DNA from: Gemmatimonadota bacterium
Lineage (GTDB): Bacteria > JAAXHH01
Length of the DNA: 64,000 nt
Direction: 5' to 3'
Assembly (NCBI GenBank): GCA_026702745.1
Contig: JAPPBT010000058.1
Span: 72,408 to 136,407 of the forward strand
Shown piece by piece: positions 10,669 through 19,355 of this stretch; the first letter of the stretch is position 1; each line of letters opens with the position of its first letter. Under the pieces are notes generated by a model. It had not been told where the DNA came from and made no database searches. It saw nothing but the letters and a program-made list of their open reading frames with translations. Made by a program: the position numbers and the translations under genes.

Positions 10669-11442
10669 GTGAGCGAAGATACCGGAAAAATCCCCGACAT
10701 TCTAGAACACGGAGCGCCCGTCGACGGGCAACCCCAGACGGCTGAAACACGGCTGTACATGCAGCTCAATGTGTTCACCCTGTCCGGCACCGAATCCTGC
10801 GGTCAGCCTGATCAGCCTGGCCGGACTCGGCAGACCCGGACCATGGCAGACGATATCGCGTCCAGGCTCGGGAATTCCGGCCTGGACGCCGCGGTGTACC
10901 TCGACGTCAACGATCCCGTGGGCATCGGCGTGCTGTTTCTCGCCGAAGATCCCGACACCTTCGTATCCGATGTACGGAACCTGCTGACGGAACGGCCTTT
11001 CGATGTCCTGGACCGGCGCGGGTCCATGACGATGCTCGGCAGGACCTACTCCATGGGATTCGAGCCGGATCTGATGGAATCGCTCATTCACCGGCCGCGC
11101 AACACCGTGCTCAACCCCGACTGGCCCTGGGCCATCTGGTACCCGTTGCGGCGCAACGGCGCTTTCGCGCGACTGGAACACAAGGAACAGCGCCAGATCC
11201 TGATGGAGCACGCCCATATCGGACGGGCCTACGGCCGGGCCGACTTCGCCCACGATATCCGCCTGGCCTGTTACGGGCTGGACGAGGCCGACAACGACTT
11301 CGTCATCGGGCTGATCGGCAAGGAACTCTACCCCCTGTCCCGGGTCGTGCAGGACATGCGAAAGACCCAGCAGACCGCGTTGTACATCGATTCGCTAGGA
11401 CCGTTCTTCGTCGGCAAGAAGACCTGGTCGAGCGACCCGTAA
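10669..11442 (+). CDS. hemQ: Coproheme decarboxylase HemQ/ChdC (chlorite dismutase-like family)
   Basis: Chlorite-dismutase-like sequence, divergent from hemH; start tentatively at GTG 10669 with GGGA RBS (alternative ATG at 10759). Confidence 0.6.
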   Translation: MSEDTGKIPDILEHGAPVDGQPQTAETRLYMQLNVFTLSGTESCGQPDQPGRTRQTRTMADDIASRLGNSGLDAAVYLDVNDPVGIGVLFLAEDPDTFVSDVRNLLTERPFDVLDRRGSMTMLGRTYSMGFEPDLMESLIHRPRNTVLNPDWPWAIWYPLRRNGAFARLEHKEQRQILMEHAHIGRAYGRADFAHDIRLACYGLDEADNDFVIGLIGKELYPLSRVVQDMRKTQQTALYIDSLGPFFVGKKTWSSDP

Positions 11443-11452
11443 ATTCCCGGTG

Positions 11453-12004
11453 TCATCCTCCCGAATCGCCTCGCGTCCCTTCCATAATCTCCAGCGCCTT
11501 GAATCCCAGGACGGCGCAGGCGGACGCCACGTTCAGTGAATTCTTGTAGCCCCGCGTGGGGATCTCGACCAGGCCGTCGCAGCGCTCCAGCACGCCCCGG
11601 CTCACCCCGAGCGCTTCGTTACCGAGCACAATGGCCAGTTCGTCCGGGAACGCCGCGGCGTCGTACGATACCGAATCCGACGTGGTTTCGGCAGCCCACA
11701 CCTCGACATTGCGATCCTGCAGCCATTCGACCGCGTCGACGGCCGTTTCGAAGTAACGCCAGGGGACGTAATCGATGGTGCCCAGGGCGGTTTTCTCCAG
11801 TTTCGCGTGGGGCGGACAGGCCGTATATCCGCACAGGTAAAGGCCCTTCACCCGCAGGATATCGCAGGTCCGGAAGATGGAGCCCACGTTGAATGCGCTG
11901 CGCAGGTTGTCCAGGACGAAATAGAGGGGCAGCTTGGGCAGCCGGTCGTACGCTTCCTTCGTGATCTCCGCGTCGAAGCTTCGGACCTCGAAATTCGTCT
12001 CCAT
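11453..12004 (-). CDS. SpoU/TrmH-family RNA 2'-O-methyltransferase
   Basis: SPOUT-like sequence (VLDNLRSAFNVGSIFRTCD, LVLGNEALGVS, NSLNVASACAVLGF); ~183 aa from ATG 12004 with GGAGA RBS. Confidence 0.7.
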   Translation of the reverse strand: METNFEVRSFDAEITKEAYDRLPKLPLYFVLDNLRSAFNVGSIFRTCDILRVKGLYLCGYTACPPHAKLEKTALGTIDYVPWRYFETAVDAVEWLQDRNVEVWAAETTSDSVSYDAAAFPDELAIVLGNEALGVSRGVLERCDGLVEIPTRGYKNSLNVASACAVLGFKALEIMEGTRGDSGG

Positions 12005-12102
12005 GTCTCCGGTTTTCCTGGACTGCACGGGGCGTTCCTTCGCACGGAGCGTTCCTTCGCGCCCGGCGTTCACTGCGCGGGACGGTCCTTCGCGCGGGGC
12101 GT

Positions 12103-12915
12103 TCAGGGCAGCAGGTCGTTGATCTCTTCTCTGAGTCGAAGGGTGGCCGCCCGGGCGGACTCGGCGAAGTCACGGCCACCGGAGGAATAGAGGATGCTCC
12201 GGGAGGAATTGATGAGCAGGCCCCCGCCGCGCTCGTCGGCGCCTTCCTTAATGACCGTTTCAAGGTCGCCGCCCTGGGTGCCGATCCCGGGGATCAGCAG
12301 GGGCATGTCGGGGACGACGGCGCGGATGCCGGCCAGGGACTCCGCCTGCGTGGCCCCCACGACCAGGCCCGCGTTCCGGGCGGTGTTCCACGACCTGGCC
12401 GCGTTGGCCACCTCCAGGTACAGCGGGTGTCCGTTGACGGACAGGTACTGGAATTCGCGCGCGCTTTCGTTGGAAGTCAGGCAGAGGATGAAAACCCCCC
12501 GGTCGGTGTAGTCCAGGAAGGGCTGCACGGAATCCCGTCCCTGGTAGGGATTGACGGTCACCGCGTCGAAATCGAAATGCTCGAACAGCGCCTTCGCGTA
12601 CATGCGGGCACTGTTCCCCATGTCTCCCCGCTTGCAGTCACAGATGACCACGACCCCATCCGGTATGACCGTGAGCGTGCGCTCCAGCGCTTCGTAACCC
12701 CTCGAGCCCATGACCTCGAAAAACGCGATGTTCAGCTTGTAGGCCGAAACGAGGTCCGAAGTGTGCTCGATGATCGCCCGGTTGAACTCGAACAACGCGT
12801 CCGGTGCCGACCTTACGTGCTCCGGGAATCGATCCAGGTCCGGATCGAGTCCCACGCAGACCAGGCTGTCCGCCGCGGTCCGGGCGCGGTTCAATCTATC
12901 TACGAAGGGTGACAT
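12103..12915 (-). CDS. pyrF: Orotidine 5'-phosphate decarboxylase (type 2)
   Basis: LVCVGLDPDL, KLNIAFFE and DCKRGDMGNS motifs; ~270 aa. Confidence 0.8.
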   Translation of the reverse strand: MSPFVDRLNRARTAADSLVCVGLDPDLDRFPEHVRSAPDALFEFNRAIIEHTSDLVSAYKLNIAFFEVMGSRGYEALERTLTVIPDGVVVICDCKRGDMGNSARMYAKALFEHFDFDAVTVNPYQGRDSVQPFLDYTDRGVFILCLTSNESAREFQYLSVNGHPLYLEVANAARSWNTARNAGLVVGATQAESLAGIRAVVPDMPLLIPGIGTQGGDLETVIKEGADERGGGLLINSSRSILYSSGGRDFAESARAATLRLREEINDLLP

Positions 12916-13850
12916 GGTGCGTCCTCTGGTGAAGGGATTTGAATGCTTCCGATCAACGAGCGGACCGAATGCACGTCCGACGCGGCGCACCATTCGGCCA
13001 GCGTACGCGCGACAGACGGTCCGGCGCGGGGTTCGACGAAGGTGGCCGTGCCCACCTGGACGGCCGTGGCGCCCGCCACGAGGAACTCCACGGCGTCTTC
13101 TCCGCTCATGATGCCGCCGATGCCGATGACCGGGACGGCCACCTGGCGCGCGATCCGATAGACGGCCGCAACGGCCACGGGCTTGATGGCCGGACCGGAC
13201 AGCCCCCCCGTGACGGCACCGAGCATGGGACGGCGCGTATTGATGTCCACTGCCATGCCGCGCAGGGTGTTGATAGCCGATATGGCGTCGGCGCCGGCTT
13301 CCTCGACGCTGCGGGCGATCTCCCCGATGTCCGTAACGTTTGGCGTGAGTTTGGCGATGAGCGGCAGTTCGGTGATGCCCCGCAGCGTAGAAACCAGTTC
13401 CGCCGCGCGCCGGGGATCGGTGCTGAAGTCCATGCCGCCGGACACGTTCGGGCAGGACATGTTGATCTCCAGGGCATCGATGCCCTCGCAGTCCGACAGG
13501 CGTTCGGTCACGTAGACGAACTCCTCCACCGGGCCTCCGCCCACGTTGACGATCAAGGCGGTGTCCACGTTTCTCAAGTAAGGCATCTTGTCCCGGATGA
13601 AGGCCTCCACGCCCACGTTCTGCAGTCCGATGGAATTGAGCATGCCGGCGGCCGTCTCCGCGGCCCGGGGCGGGGGATTGCCCGGCCAGGGTTCGGGCGT
13701 GAGCGTTTTCGTGACGATGCCGCCGAAATCGGAGAGATCCACGAACCGTCCGTATTCCGATCCGTATCCGAAGGTGCCCGATGCGGCGAGCACGGGATTC
13801 CTCAGCTCAAGCGTGCCGATATTGACCGTCAGATCGGGTGATGCCGTCAC
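12900..13850 (-). CDS. pyrD: Dihydroorotate dehydrogenase, catalytic subunit (class 1B)
   Basis: LELRNPVLAASGTFGYG, SCPNV, GIGGI motifs; GTG start at 13850 overlaps the pyrK TGA (GTGA). Confidence 0.8.
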   Translation of the reverse strand: MTASPDLTVNIGTLELRNPVLAASGTFGYGSEYGRFVDLSDFGGIVTKTLTPEPWPGNPPPRAAETAAGMLNSIGLQNVGVEAFIRDKMPYLRNVDTALIVNVGGGPVEEFVYVTERLSDCEGIDALEINMSCPNVSGGMDFSTDPRRAAELVSTLRGITELPLIAKLTPNVTDIGEIARSVEEAGADAISAINTLRGMAVDINTRRPMLGAVTGGLSGPAIKPVAVAAVYRIARQVAVPVIGIGGIMSGEDAVEFLVAGATAVQVGTATFVEPRAGPSVARTLAEWCAASDVHSVRSLIGSIQIPSPEDAPCHPS

Positions 13851-14749
13851 AGCACGACCTCCTGCATGTCGAACACCGGGCCGGCGTCGCAGACCCGTTC
13901 GTAGCGTCGGGATGACGACCGAGCGACGGGGACCTTGCCGGGAGTGGCGCCGGGGTCGGGGTCGGTACCGGGGGCGTCGCAGGCCACGACACAGGCCATG
14001 CACACGCCCACGCCGCAGGGCATGATTCCCTCGAGGGAGACCTGTCCGTCGATACCGGCTTCACGGGCGATCTCCTGGCAACGGCGCATCATGGGTGTCG
14101 GTCCGCAGGCATAGAGATAGGCGCACCGCCGGGGTGAGGAGGCCAGTTCCCGTTCCAGCAGGTCCGTCACCAGGCCGTGGTGGCCCGTCGTACCATCGTC
14201 GGTCGCCAGCCTGACGTCGACCCCGTATTCGCCGAATTTCTCTTCCCCGCTCAAGAGGCCCGCCGTGGCCGCGCCGAAGAGCACCGTCATTTCGGCCGGC
14301 CGCGCCAGTCCATCCCTTGCCGTCTCCTGGGCCAGGGAGAGAAAGGGCGCTACGCCGACGCCACCGGCGACCATGATCACTGGCCGGCCGGTGCGCACCG
14401 GCTCGAACGTCCTTCCCAGGGGTCCGAGCACGTCGACCCGTTCTCCGCGGCGCCGCGTAGCCAGGATCTCGGTGCCGCCGCCGACAATCCGGTATATGAG
14501 CCCGAAGACACCGCGTTCCGGATCCCGTTCGGCAATGCTGAAGGGACGCCTGAGCAGCGGGGTGTGACGGAGCCAGGTCTGCCTGCTGCTGTCCTTCGAA
14601 ACATCGGAAGCGATGAGGTGTACGAAGTGACCGGGCAGGGCGTGTCGTGTGATTTCGGGTGCCAGCAGGTCGATCCAGTACAGGCCGGGACCGATTTCAC
14701 GGTTGGCGAGGATCTCGGCGTCATACTGGCAGATGGGGATGGTGGACAT
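13847..14749 (-). CDS. pyrK: Dihydroorotate dehydrogenase electron-transfer subunit (FAD/NAD-binding, 2Fe-2S)
   Basis: Ferredoxin-reductase-like fold; C-terminal Cys cluster CGVGVCMACVVAC. Confidence 0.8.
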   Translation of the reverse strand: MSTIPICQYDAEILANREIGPGLYWIDLLAPEITRHALPGHFVHLIASDVSKDSSRQTWLRHTPLLRRPFSIAERDPERGVFGLIYRIVGGGTEILATRRRGERVDVLGPLGRTFEPVRTGRPVIMVAGGVGVAPFLSLAQETARDGLARPAEMTVLFGAATAGLLSGEEKFGEYGVDVRLATDDGTTGHHGLVTDLLERELASSPRRCAYLYACGPTPMMRRCQEIAREAGIDGQVSLEGIMPCGVGVCMACVVACDAPGTDPDPGATPGKVPVARSSSRRYERVCDAGPVFDMQEVVL

Positions 14750-14790
14750 GCTCCACTACAATACAACCGACAGGACCGGATGTCAACGCA

Positions 14791-16611
14791 TCATTTGTCC
14801 GGGGCCGGGGACGCGGTTGGGGCCGGGGACGCGGTTGGGGCCGGGGACGCGGTTGGGGCCGGGGACGCAGCCGGGTCAGTAGCCGGTGCAGGGAGCAGTT
14901 CCTCCATTAAGCGAATCTTGTCGCGGACGGATCTTGCCTGCTCCGACCGGGGATGGCGGTCCATGATTTCGCGGTAGCGGTCGAGGGCGGTTTCGGGATC
15001 GTCGTAGTGCGTCTCGGCGAGCCAGCCCAGCGCGTAGAGCGCACGCGACGCGTATTCACCATCCGGATCCCGTTGGAGGACCAGCTCGTAGAGCCCGCGC
15101 GCGGAGTCCGGCCGGTCGGTTTCGAAAAGCAGCCTTTCCGCCTCGTGGAAAAGCCGGTCCGGGGGTAGTTCACCTACGATGGGCTTCGACTGCAGGATGG
15201 CTGCTTCCACGGCGTGCGCGGTCCCGGGATACTGGGTAGCGATGTAATCGAAGACCGAACGGGCGCTATCCGTGTCACTCAGCATCTCGTCGAGTACCCA
15301 GCCCCTTGCATAAGCGGCCTTGGCGGCAATGGAGGGATCATTCGAAGCTTCTTCGATAGCGCGGTACTGGCTCAGGGCTGCGTCGGCCATTTCCAATTGA
15401 AACAGGTACAGTTCCGCCAGTTGGAATCGCAGACCGACCGCGTCTTCCGTCAACTTCGCATAGTTCGACGTGGTATTCGATGTGGGATCGCCGGGGGATT
15501 TCAACGCTTCCATGGCGGCCAGCAGGTTTCCGAGGTTTCCGTCCAGACGCCGCAGTTCGCGTATGGCGCGATGCTTCCGGTCGGCCTCATCGCCGATCCA
15601 GAACGATCGCGGACTCTTGCGCCGCGCCTCGTCGTACCACTGTTCCGTCAGATCGAGATCTCCCTCGGTCCGGTACAGTTCCCCCAGTTCAAACATGGCC
15701 CGGGATACTTCTTCGGCGTAGCTCCGGTCGGACTCGAAACGGGTGATGAGCGTCTCGTACGTGGAGACGGCCGATTCCTTCAAGTCCAGTTCGGCCAGGC
15801 ATGCGGCTATTGCCAGCATGACCTCCGGGTGATATTCGCTGTAAGCGCGCTGATCGAGCAACGACTCGTATACGCCCAGCGCGGCCGACAGATCCCCTTC
15901 TCGCCGCAGGCTTTCGCCCAGCAAGAAAGCCGCATGAAACTTAAGCATCCGGGTCCGTGCCTGCTCGATGGCCTGGGCGAGTTGTTCACGGGCTTCGGCG
16001 AACCGATGCTCCTCCAGCCTGGCGCGTGCGATGTGGTACCTGGCCTCCGCCTCCCGTTCATCGCCGGGGCGCGAATCCAGCACTTCCTGGAACCGCACGA
16101 CGGCTTCCCCGTACCGGGCGCCGCCCAGGGCGATCTTTCCCCGAAGCATCAGGGCGTCCGGAATCCGGTCGCTGCCGGGAAACTCCCTGACGAAACGGTC
16201 CAGCTGTTCATCGGCCCGGGTGGAATCCCCCGCGTTGAGGAGGCTGTTGCCCAGGGAGAAAACGCAGTGGCCGGTAAATTCGCCGTTCGGGAACAGCCTC
16301 AGCACCTGCTCATACCGCTTGATGGCCTGTAGATGCTGTCCCTGGATCGCCCGGACGTCGCCGATCAGTACCAGCGCGTCGTCCACATAGGAACTTCCGG
16401 AGTGATCCCTCAGGACGAGACCCGCGTTTTCGACGGCGAGTTCGTAGGAGGTCAGGGCCAGGGGCGGTATGCCGCCATCGGGCGTCTGCTGGGTGAGACG
16501 TATCCGCTCCCCTTCCTTGAACGCTTTCCTGGCGTTGTAGAACGTATTGTAGTACGCGCAACCGAAAACCACGCACACCAGGGTGGACAGGATCAGGGAA
16601 GTTCTGCGCAT
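14791..16611 (-). CDS. TPR-repeat lipoprotein with C-terminal (PAPTAS)n tail
   Basis: Signal plus lipobox-like LVCVVFGC, multiple TPR-like helices, 606 aa. Confidence 0.65.
   Translation of the reverse strand: MRRTSLILSTLVCVVFGCAYYNTFYNARKAFKEGERIRLTQQTPDGGIPPLALTSYELAVENAGLVLRDHSGSSYVDDALVLIGDVRAIQGQHLQAIKRYEQVLRLFPNGEFTGHCVFSLGNSLLNAGDSTRADEQLDRFVREFPGSDRIPDALMLRGKIALGGARYGEAVVRFQEVLDSRPGDEREAEARYHIARARLEEHRFAEAREQLAQAIEQARTRMLKFHAAFLLGESLRREGDLSAALGVYESLLDQRAYSEYHPEVMLAIAACLAELDLKESAVSTYETLITRFESDRSYAEEVSRAMFELGELYRTEGDLDLTEQWYDEARRKSPRSFWIGDEADRKHRAIRELRRLDGNLGNLLAAMEALKSPGDPTSNTTSNYAKLTEDAVGLRFQLAELYLFQLEMADAALSQYRAIEEASNDPSIAAKAAYARGWVLDEMLSDTDSARSVFDYIATQYPGTAHAVEAAILQSKPIVGELPPDRLFHEAERLLFETDRPDSARGLYELVLQRDPDGEYASRALYALGWLAETHYDDPETALDRYREIMDRHPRSEQARSVRDKIRLMEELLPAPATDPAASPAPTASPAPTASPAPTASPAPDK
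14801..14872 (-). repeat. In-frame 18-bp tandem repeat (ggggccggggacgcggtt x4) encoding (PAPTAS)n at the 3' end of the TPR gene
   Basis: Perfect direct repeats in the DNA. Confidence 0.85.
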
Positions 16612-16612
16612 C

Positions 16613-17311
16613 TCAATCTCCGAACTTGTAGCCGACGCCCCGGACGGTCGTAATGATATGTACGCCGTGGCGTTCGATCTTCATGCGCAGCCGTCTAACG
16701 TGTACGTCCACCGTCCTCGTACCGCTGAAATAATCGTATCCCCAGACGGCGGTCAGCAGCTCGTCCCGCGTAAACACCCGTCCCCTGTGCCGGGCCAGGT
16801 GCTTGAGCAACTCGTACTCTTTGAGGGTCAGATCGATCGCCTTGCCCCGGATGGTGACTTCGTAGTTGCCCAGGTTGATCAGCAGGTCGCCCCAGGCGAT
16901 CATATCCTGGATCTGCACGCTGTGGCGCCGCCAGAGGACGTTCTTGATGCGAAGATCGAACTCGCGGACGTTGTATGGCGCGCAGATGAAATCGTCGATT
17001 CCCCGGGTGACGTCGAGGTCGCCGATAACGTCAGCGCCGGTCAGGACCATGACCGCGGGGGCGTGCCGGAACCCGCGCGACCGCAGTTCGTCCATCACGA
17101 AGGGAAGGACCGACCGGGGCCGGTCCGTCTGGATGAGCAAGAGGTCCGAATCGGGTATGCGAGCGTGGAGGTCTTCAACAACGGTGTAATGCAGTTCCGT
17201 TAAGGCGTAACCTGCGCCGCTCAACCACCTGATCAGCGGTTCGACGGGTTCCTGGCGGGCAAAAAGGATCGAAATTCGGGGAAGCCCGTTGCCGCTAAGT
17301 CTAACGGTCAT
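16613..17311 (-). CDS. OmpR-family winged-helix response regulator with an atypical, degenerate receiver domain
   Basis: C-terminal trans_reg_C wHTH (TRDELLTAVWGYDYFSGTRTVDVHVRRLRMKI); the receiver lacks the N-terminal DD pair and the conserved Lys. Confidence 0.65.
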   Translation of the reverse strand: MTVRLSGNGLPRISILFARQEPVEPLIRWLSGAGYALTELHYTVVEDLHARIPDSDLLLIQTDRPRSVLPFVMDELRSRGFRHAPAVMVLTGADVIGDLDVTRGIDDFICAPYNVREFDLRIKNVLWRRHSVQIQDMIAWGDLLINLGNYEVTIRGKAIDLTLKEYELLKHLARHRGRVFTRDELLTAVWGYDYFSGTRTVDVHVRRLRMKIERHGVHIITTVRGVGYKFGD

Positions 17312-17342
17312 GGGTTCTCATTGCAGGCCCACGTTGGAAGGA

Positions 17343-17354
17343 GCAACCGGTTGC
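17343..17354. promoter_or_regulatory. Perfect 12-bp palindrome GCAACCGGTTGC between ssb and the response-regulator gene
   Basis: Seen directly; ~40 nt upstream of the regulator start. Confidence 0.25.
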
Positions 17355-17381
17355 AGCGAACGGACTTTCCCTCGAACGGCG

Positions 17382-17819
17382 TCAGAACGGAAGATCGTCG
17401 TCGGAATCGGCCTCGGGCGAAGGAGGCGGCGCTTCCGTCGCCGTACTCCCGACTCCTCCGGACGCGTCCGATGCGAGCTCATTCTGCTGGCGGGCACTCA
17501 GCATCTGCATCTCGTTTGCCACGATCTCGGTCATGTACCGTTTCATCCCGTTCTGATCTTCCCAGGAACGGGTCTGCAGCCGTCCTTCGACATACACCGG
17601 TGCGCCTTTCTTGAGGTACTGGCCACAGATCTCCGCCAGTTTCGAAAAGGCCACGATCCGGTGCCATTCCGTTTCTTCCCGCCGTTCTCCGTCCTGCGTG
17701 TTCCACTGGCGCGTCGTGGCCATGCGGAAATTGACCACGGCCCGGCCGGCAGGCGTGTACCTCATCTCGGGATCCGCGCCGAGATTACCGATCAGAATGA
17801 CTTTATTCAAGCTGGCCAT
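17382..17819 (-). CDS. ssb: Single-stranded DNA-binding protein
   Basis: OB-fold N-terminus [14 protein letters not shown]..., acidic C-terminal tail DDDLPF. Confidence 0.9.
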   Translation of the reverse strand: MASLNKVILIGNLGADPEMRYTPAGRAVVNFRMATTRQWNTQDGERREETEWHRIVAFSKLAEICGQYLKKGAPVYVEGRLQTRSWEDQNGMKRYMTEIVANEMQMLSARQQNELASDASGGVGSTATEAPPPSPEADSDDDLPF

Positions 17820-17927
17820 TGGGGATGCTCCTTATATGAAAAAGAATGAAGTGAGTATAGCGCGATACACGGGGCAAGTCAAGCGAATTTCCCGCTGTCC
17901 CGGGACCGTCGCGCAGGAGAAAACGGC

Positions 17928-17957
17928 TTGCTTCTCCCCGGTATCGCGCCCTATATT
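17928..17957 (+). promoter_or_regulatory. Candidate sigma70-like promoter for lptF (TTGCTT-N18-TATATT) overlapping the 10-bp palindrome TATTCGAATA
   Basis: Hexamer match only. Confidence 0.2.
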
Positions 17958-18064
17958 CGAATAGTCGAGGGACCTTTTCAAAACATCGTAACTATTGTTG
18001 ACGGAACCCGACACCGGATGCGTCGGTATGCCCTCCCCTGGCCCGTTTTCCGCCTGATTGGCCC

Positions 18065-19291
18065 ATGATCCTCCCGGTTCACCTCTACCGATACGTGTTC
18101 AAGGCGCACGTCGGTCCCTTTCTGTTTTCCTTCGTGATCATCACGTTCATCCTCGTGATGGACATCATATTCCAGATCGCCGACCTCATCATCGGCAAGA
18201 ACCTCGACCTGTTCATCGTGCTCGAGGTGTTTTTCCTCAACCTGGCCTGGATTGTCGCCGTATCGATCCCCATGTCCGTGCTGGTCGCCAGCCTCATGGC
18301 ATTCGGCCGGCTTTCGGCCGACAACGAGGTTACCGCCCTCAAGGCTGGCGGCGTCAGTTTCTTCCAGATGGTCTCGCCGGTCCTGGTAGCGGGACTCCTC
18401 CTGGGGAGCGGCCACCTGTTCTTCATGGACGTCATTCTGCCCGAATCCAACTACCGGGCGCGCTCGCTCATGAACGACATCCACCGTGCGCGTCCCACGT
18501 TGCTTTTCACCGGGGGCATATTCATGAAGGACATACCGGGATACAGCATCCTGATCGACCGGGTCAATCCAAGAAACAACGAAATCTCCGGTATCACCAT
18601 CTACGAGACAGAGAACATGCGCTATCCGCGCCTCATGACGGCAAAGACCGGAGAATTCCACGTCAACGAGACGGGCAGCCGGCTCGATCTCATGCTGTAC
18701 GACGGAGAACTGCTTCAGCAGGACGAATCTTCGGGACGCTATCTAAAAGAGATCTTCGAGCGGCAGCGGTTCACGATCCGCACCGAGCCGGCCGGCGTCC
18801 AGCGGTCGGAGGCGGGAATCCGGAGCGACCGCGAGCTGAACATCGCGATGATGCGCGCCAGAATCGATGAATGGCAGACGGAGATCGACGCTGCACTGGC
18901 GATCATGGCACCCGGACCGGTTTCCCCGGAGGCGAAGGCGGATTCCCTCGAGGCAGCGAGGGACCGGGCGGAGCGGACGGTCTCGCTGAGGCAGCGGCAG
19001 AAGAACAGCTACATCGTGGAGATCCACAAGAAGTACGCCATTTCAGCGGCCTGTTTCGTCTTCGTGTTGATCGGCGCACCGCTGGGGGTTCGCATACGCC
19101 GCGGCAGCATCGGCGTCAGCGTGGGCGTCAGCCTGTGCTTCTTCCTGCTGTACTGGGCCTGCCTGCTCGGCGGTGAGGAATTGGCGGACCGCGACCTGAT
19201 CGACCCCGTCTGGGCGATGTGGGCGGCAAACATCGTCATCGGCGTTCCCGGCGCCGTCCTGGTCTGGGTCACCGGCAGGGACCGCATCTGA
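18065..19291 (+). CDS. lptF: LPS export ABC transporter permease LptF (YjgP/YjgQ family)
   Basis: Polytopic membrane protein with a periplasmic beta-jellyroll insert, paired with a paralog downstream. Confidence 0.75.
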   Translation: MILPVHLYRYVFKAHVGPFLFSFVIITFILVMDIIFQIADLIIGKNLDLFIVLEVFFLNLAWIVAVSIPMSVLVASLMAFGRLSADNEVTALKAGGVSFFQMVSPVLVAGLLLGSGHLFFMDVILPESNYRARSLMNDIHRARPTLLFTGGIFMKDIPGYSILIDRVNPRNNEISGITIYETENMRYPRLMTAKTGEFHVNETGSRLDLMLYDGELLQQDESSGRYLKEIFERQRFTIRTEPAGVQRSEAGIRSDRELNIAMMRARIDEWQTEIDAALAIMAPGPVSPEAKADSLEAARDRAERTVSLRQRQKNSYIVEIHKKYAISAACFVFVLIGAPLGVRIRRGSIGVSVGVSLCFFLLYWACLLGGEELADRDLIDPVWAMWAANIVIGVPGAVLVWVTGRDRI

Positions 19292-19355
19292 CGGTCAGCT
19301 TGGACTCGTTTTATCCGCTTCGATTCGTTCGATACCACCGGAGGAACGCCGTTTC

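Noticed and set aside
17978-18661. 227-aa minus-strand ORF overlapping the lptF start region
   Set aside because: Its sequence is low-complexity (D/E/H/R-rich) and it overlaps the conserved lptF N-terminus, so it is a shadow ORF.
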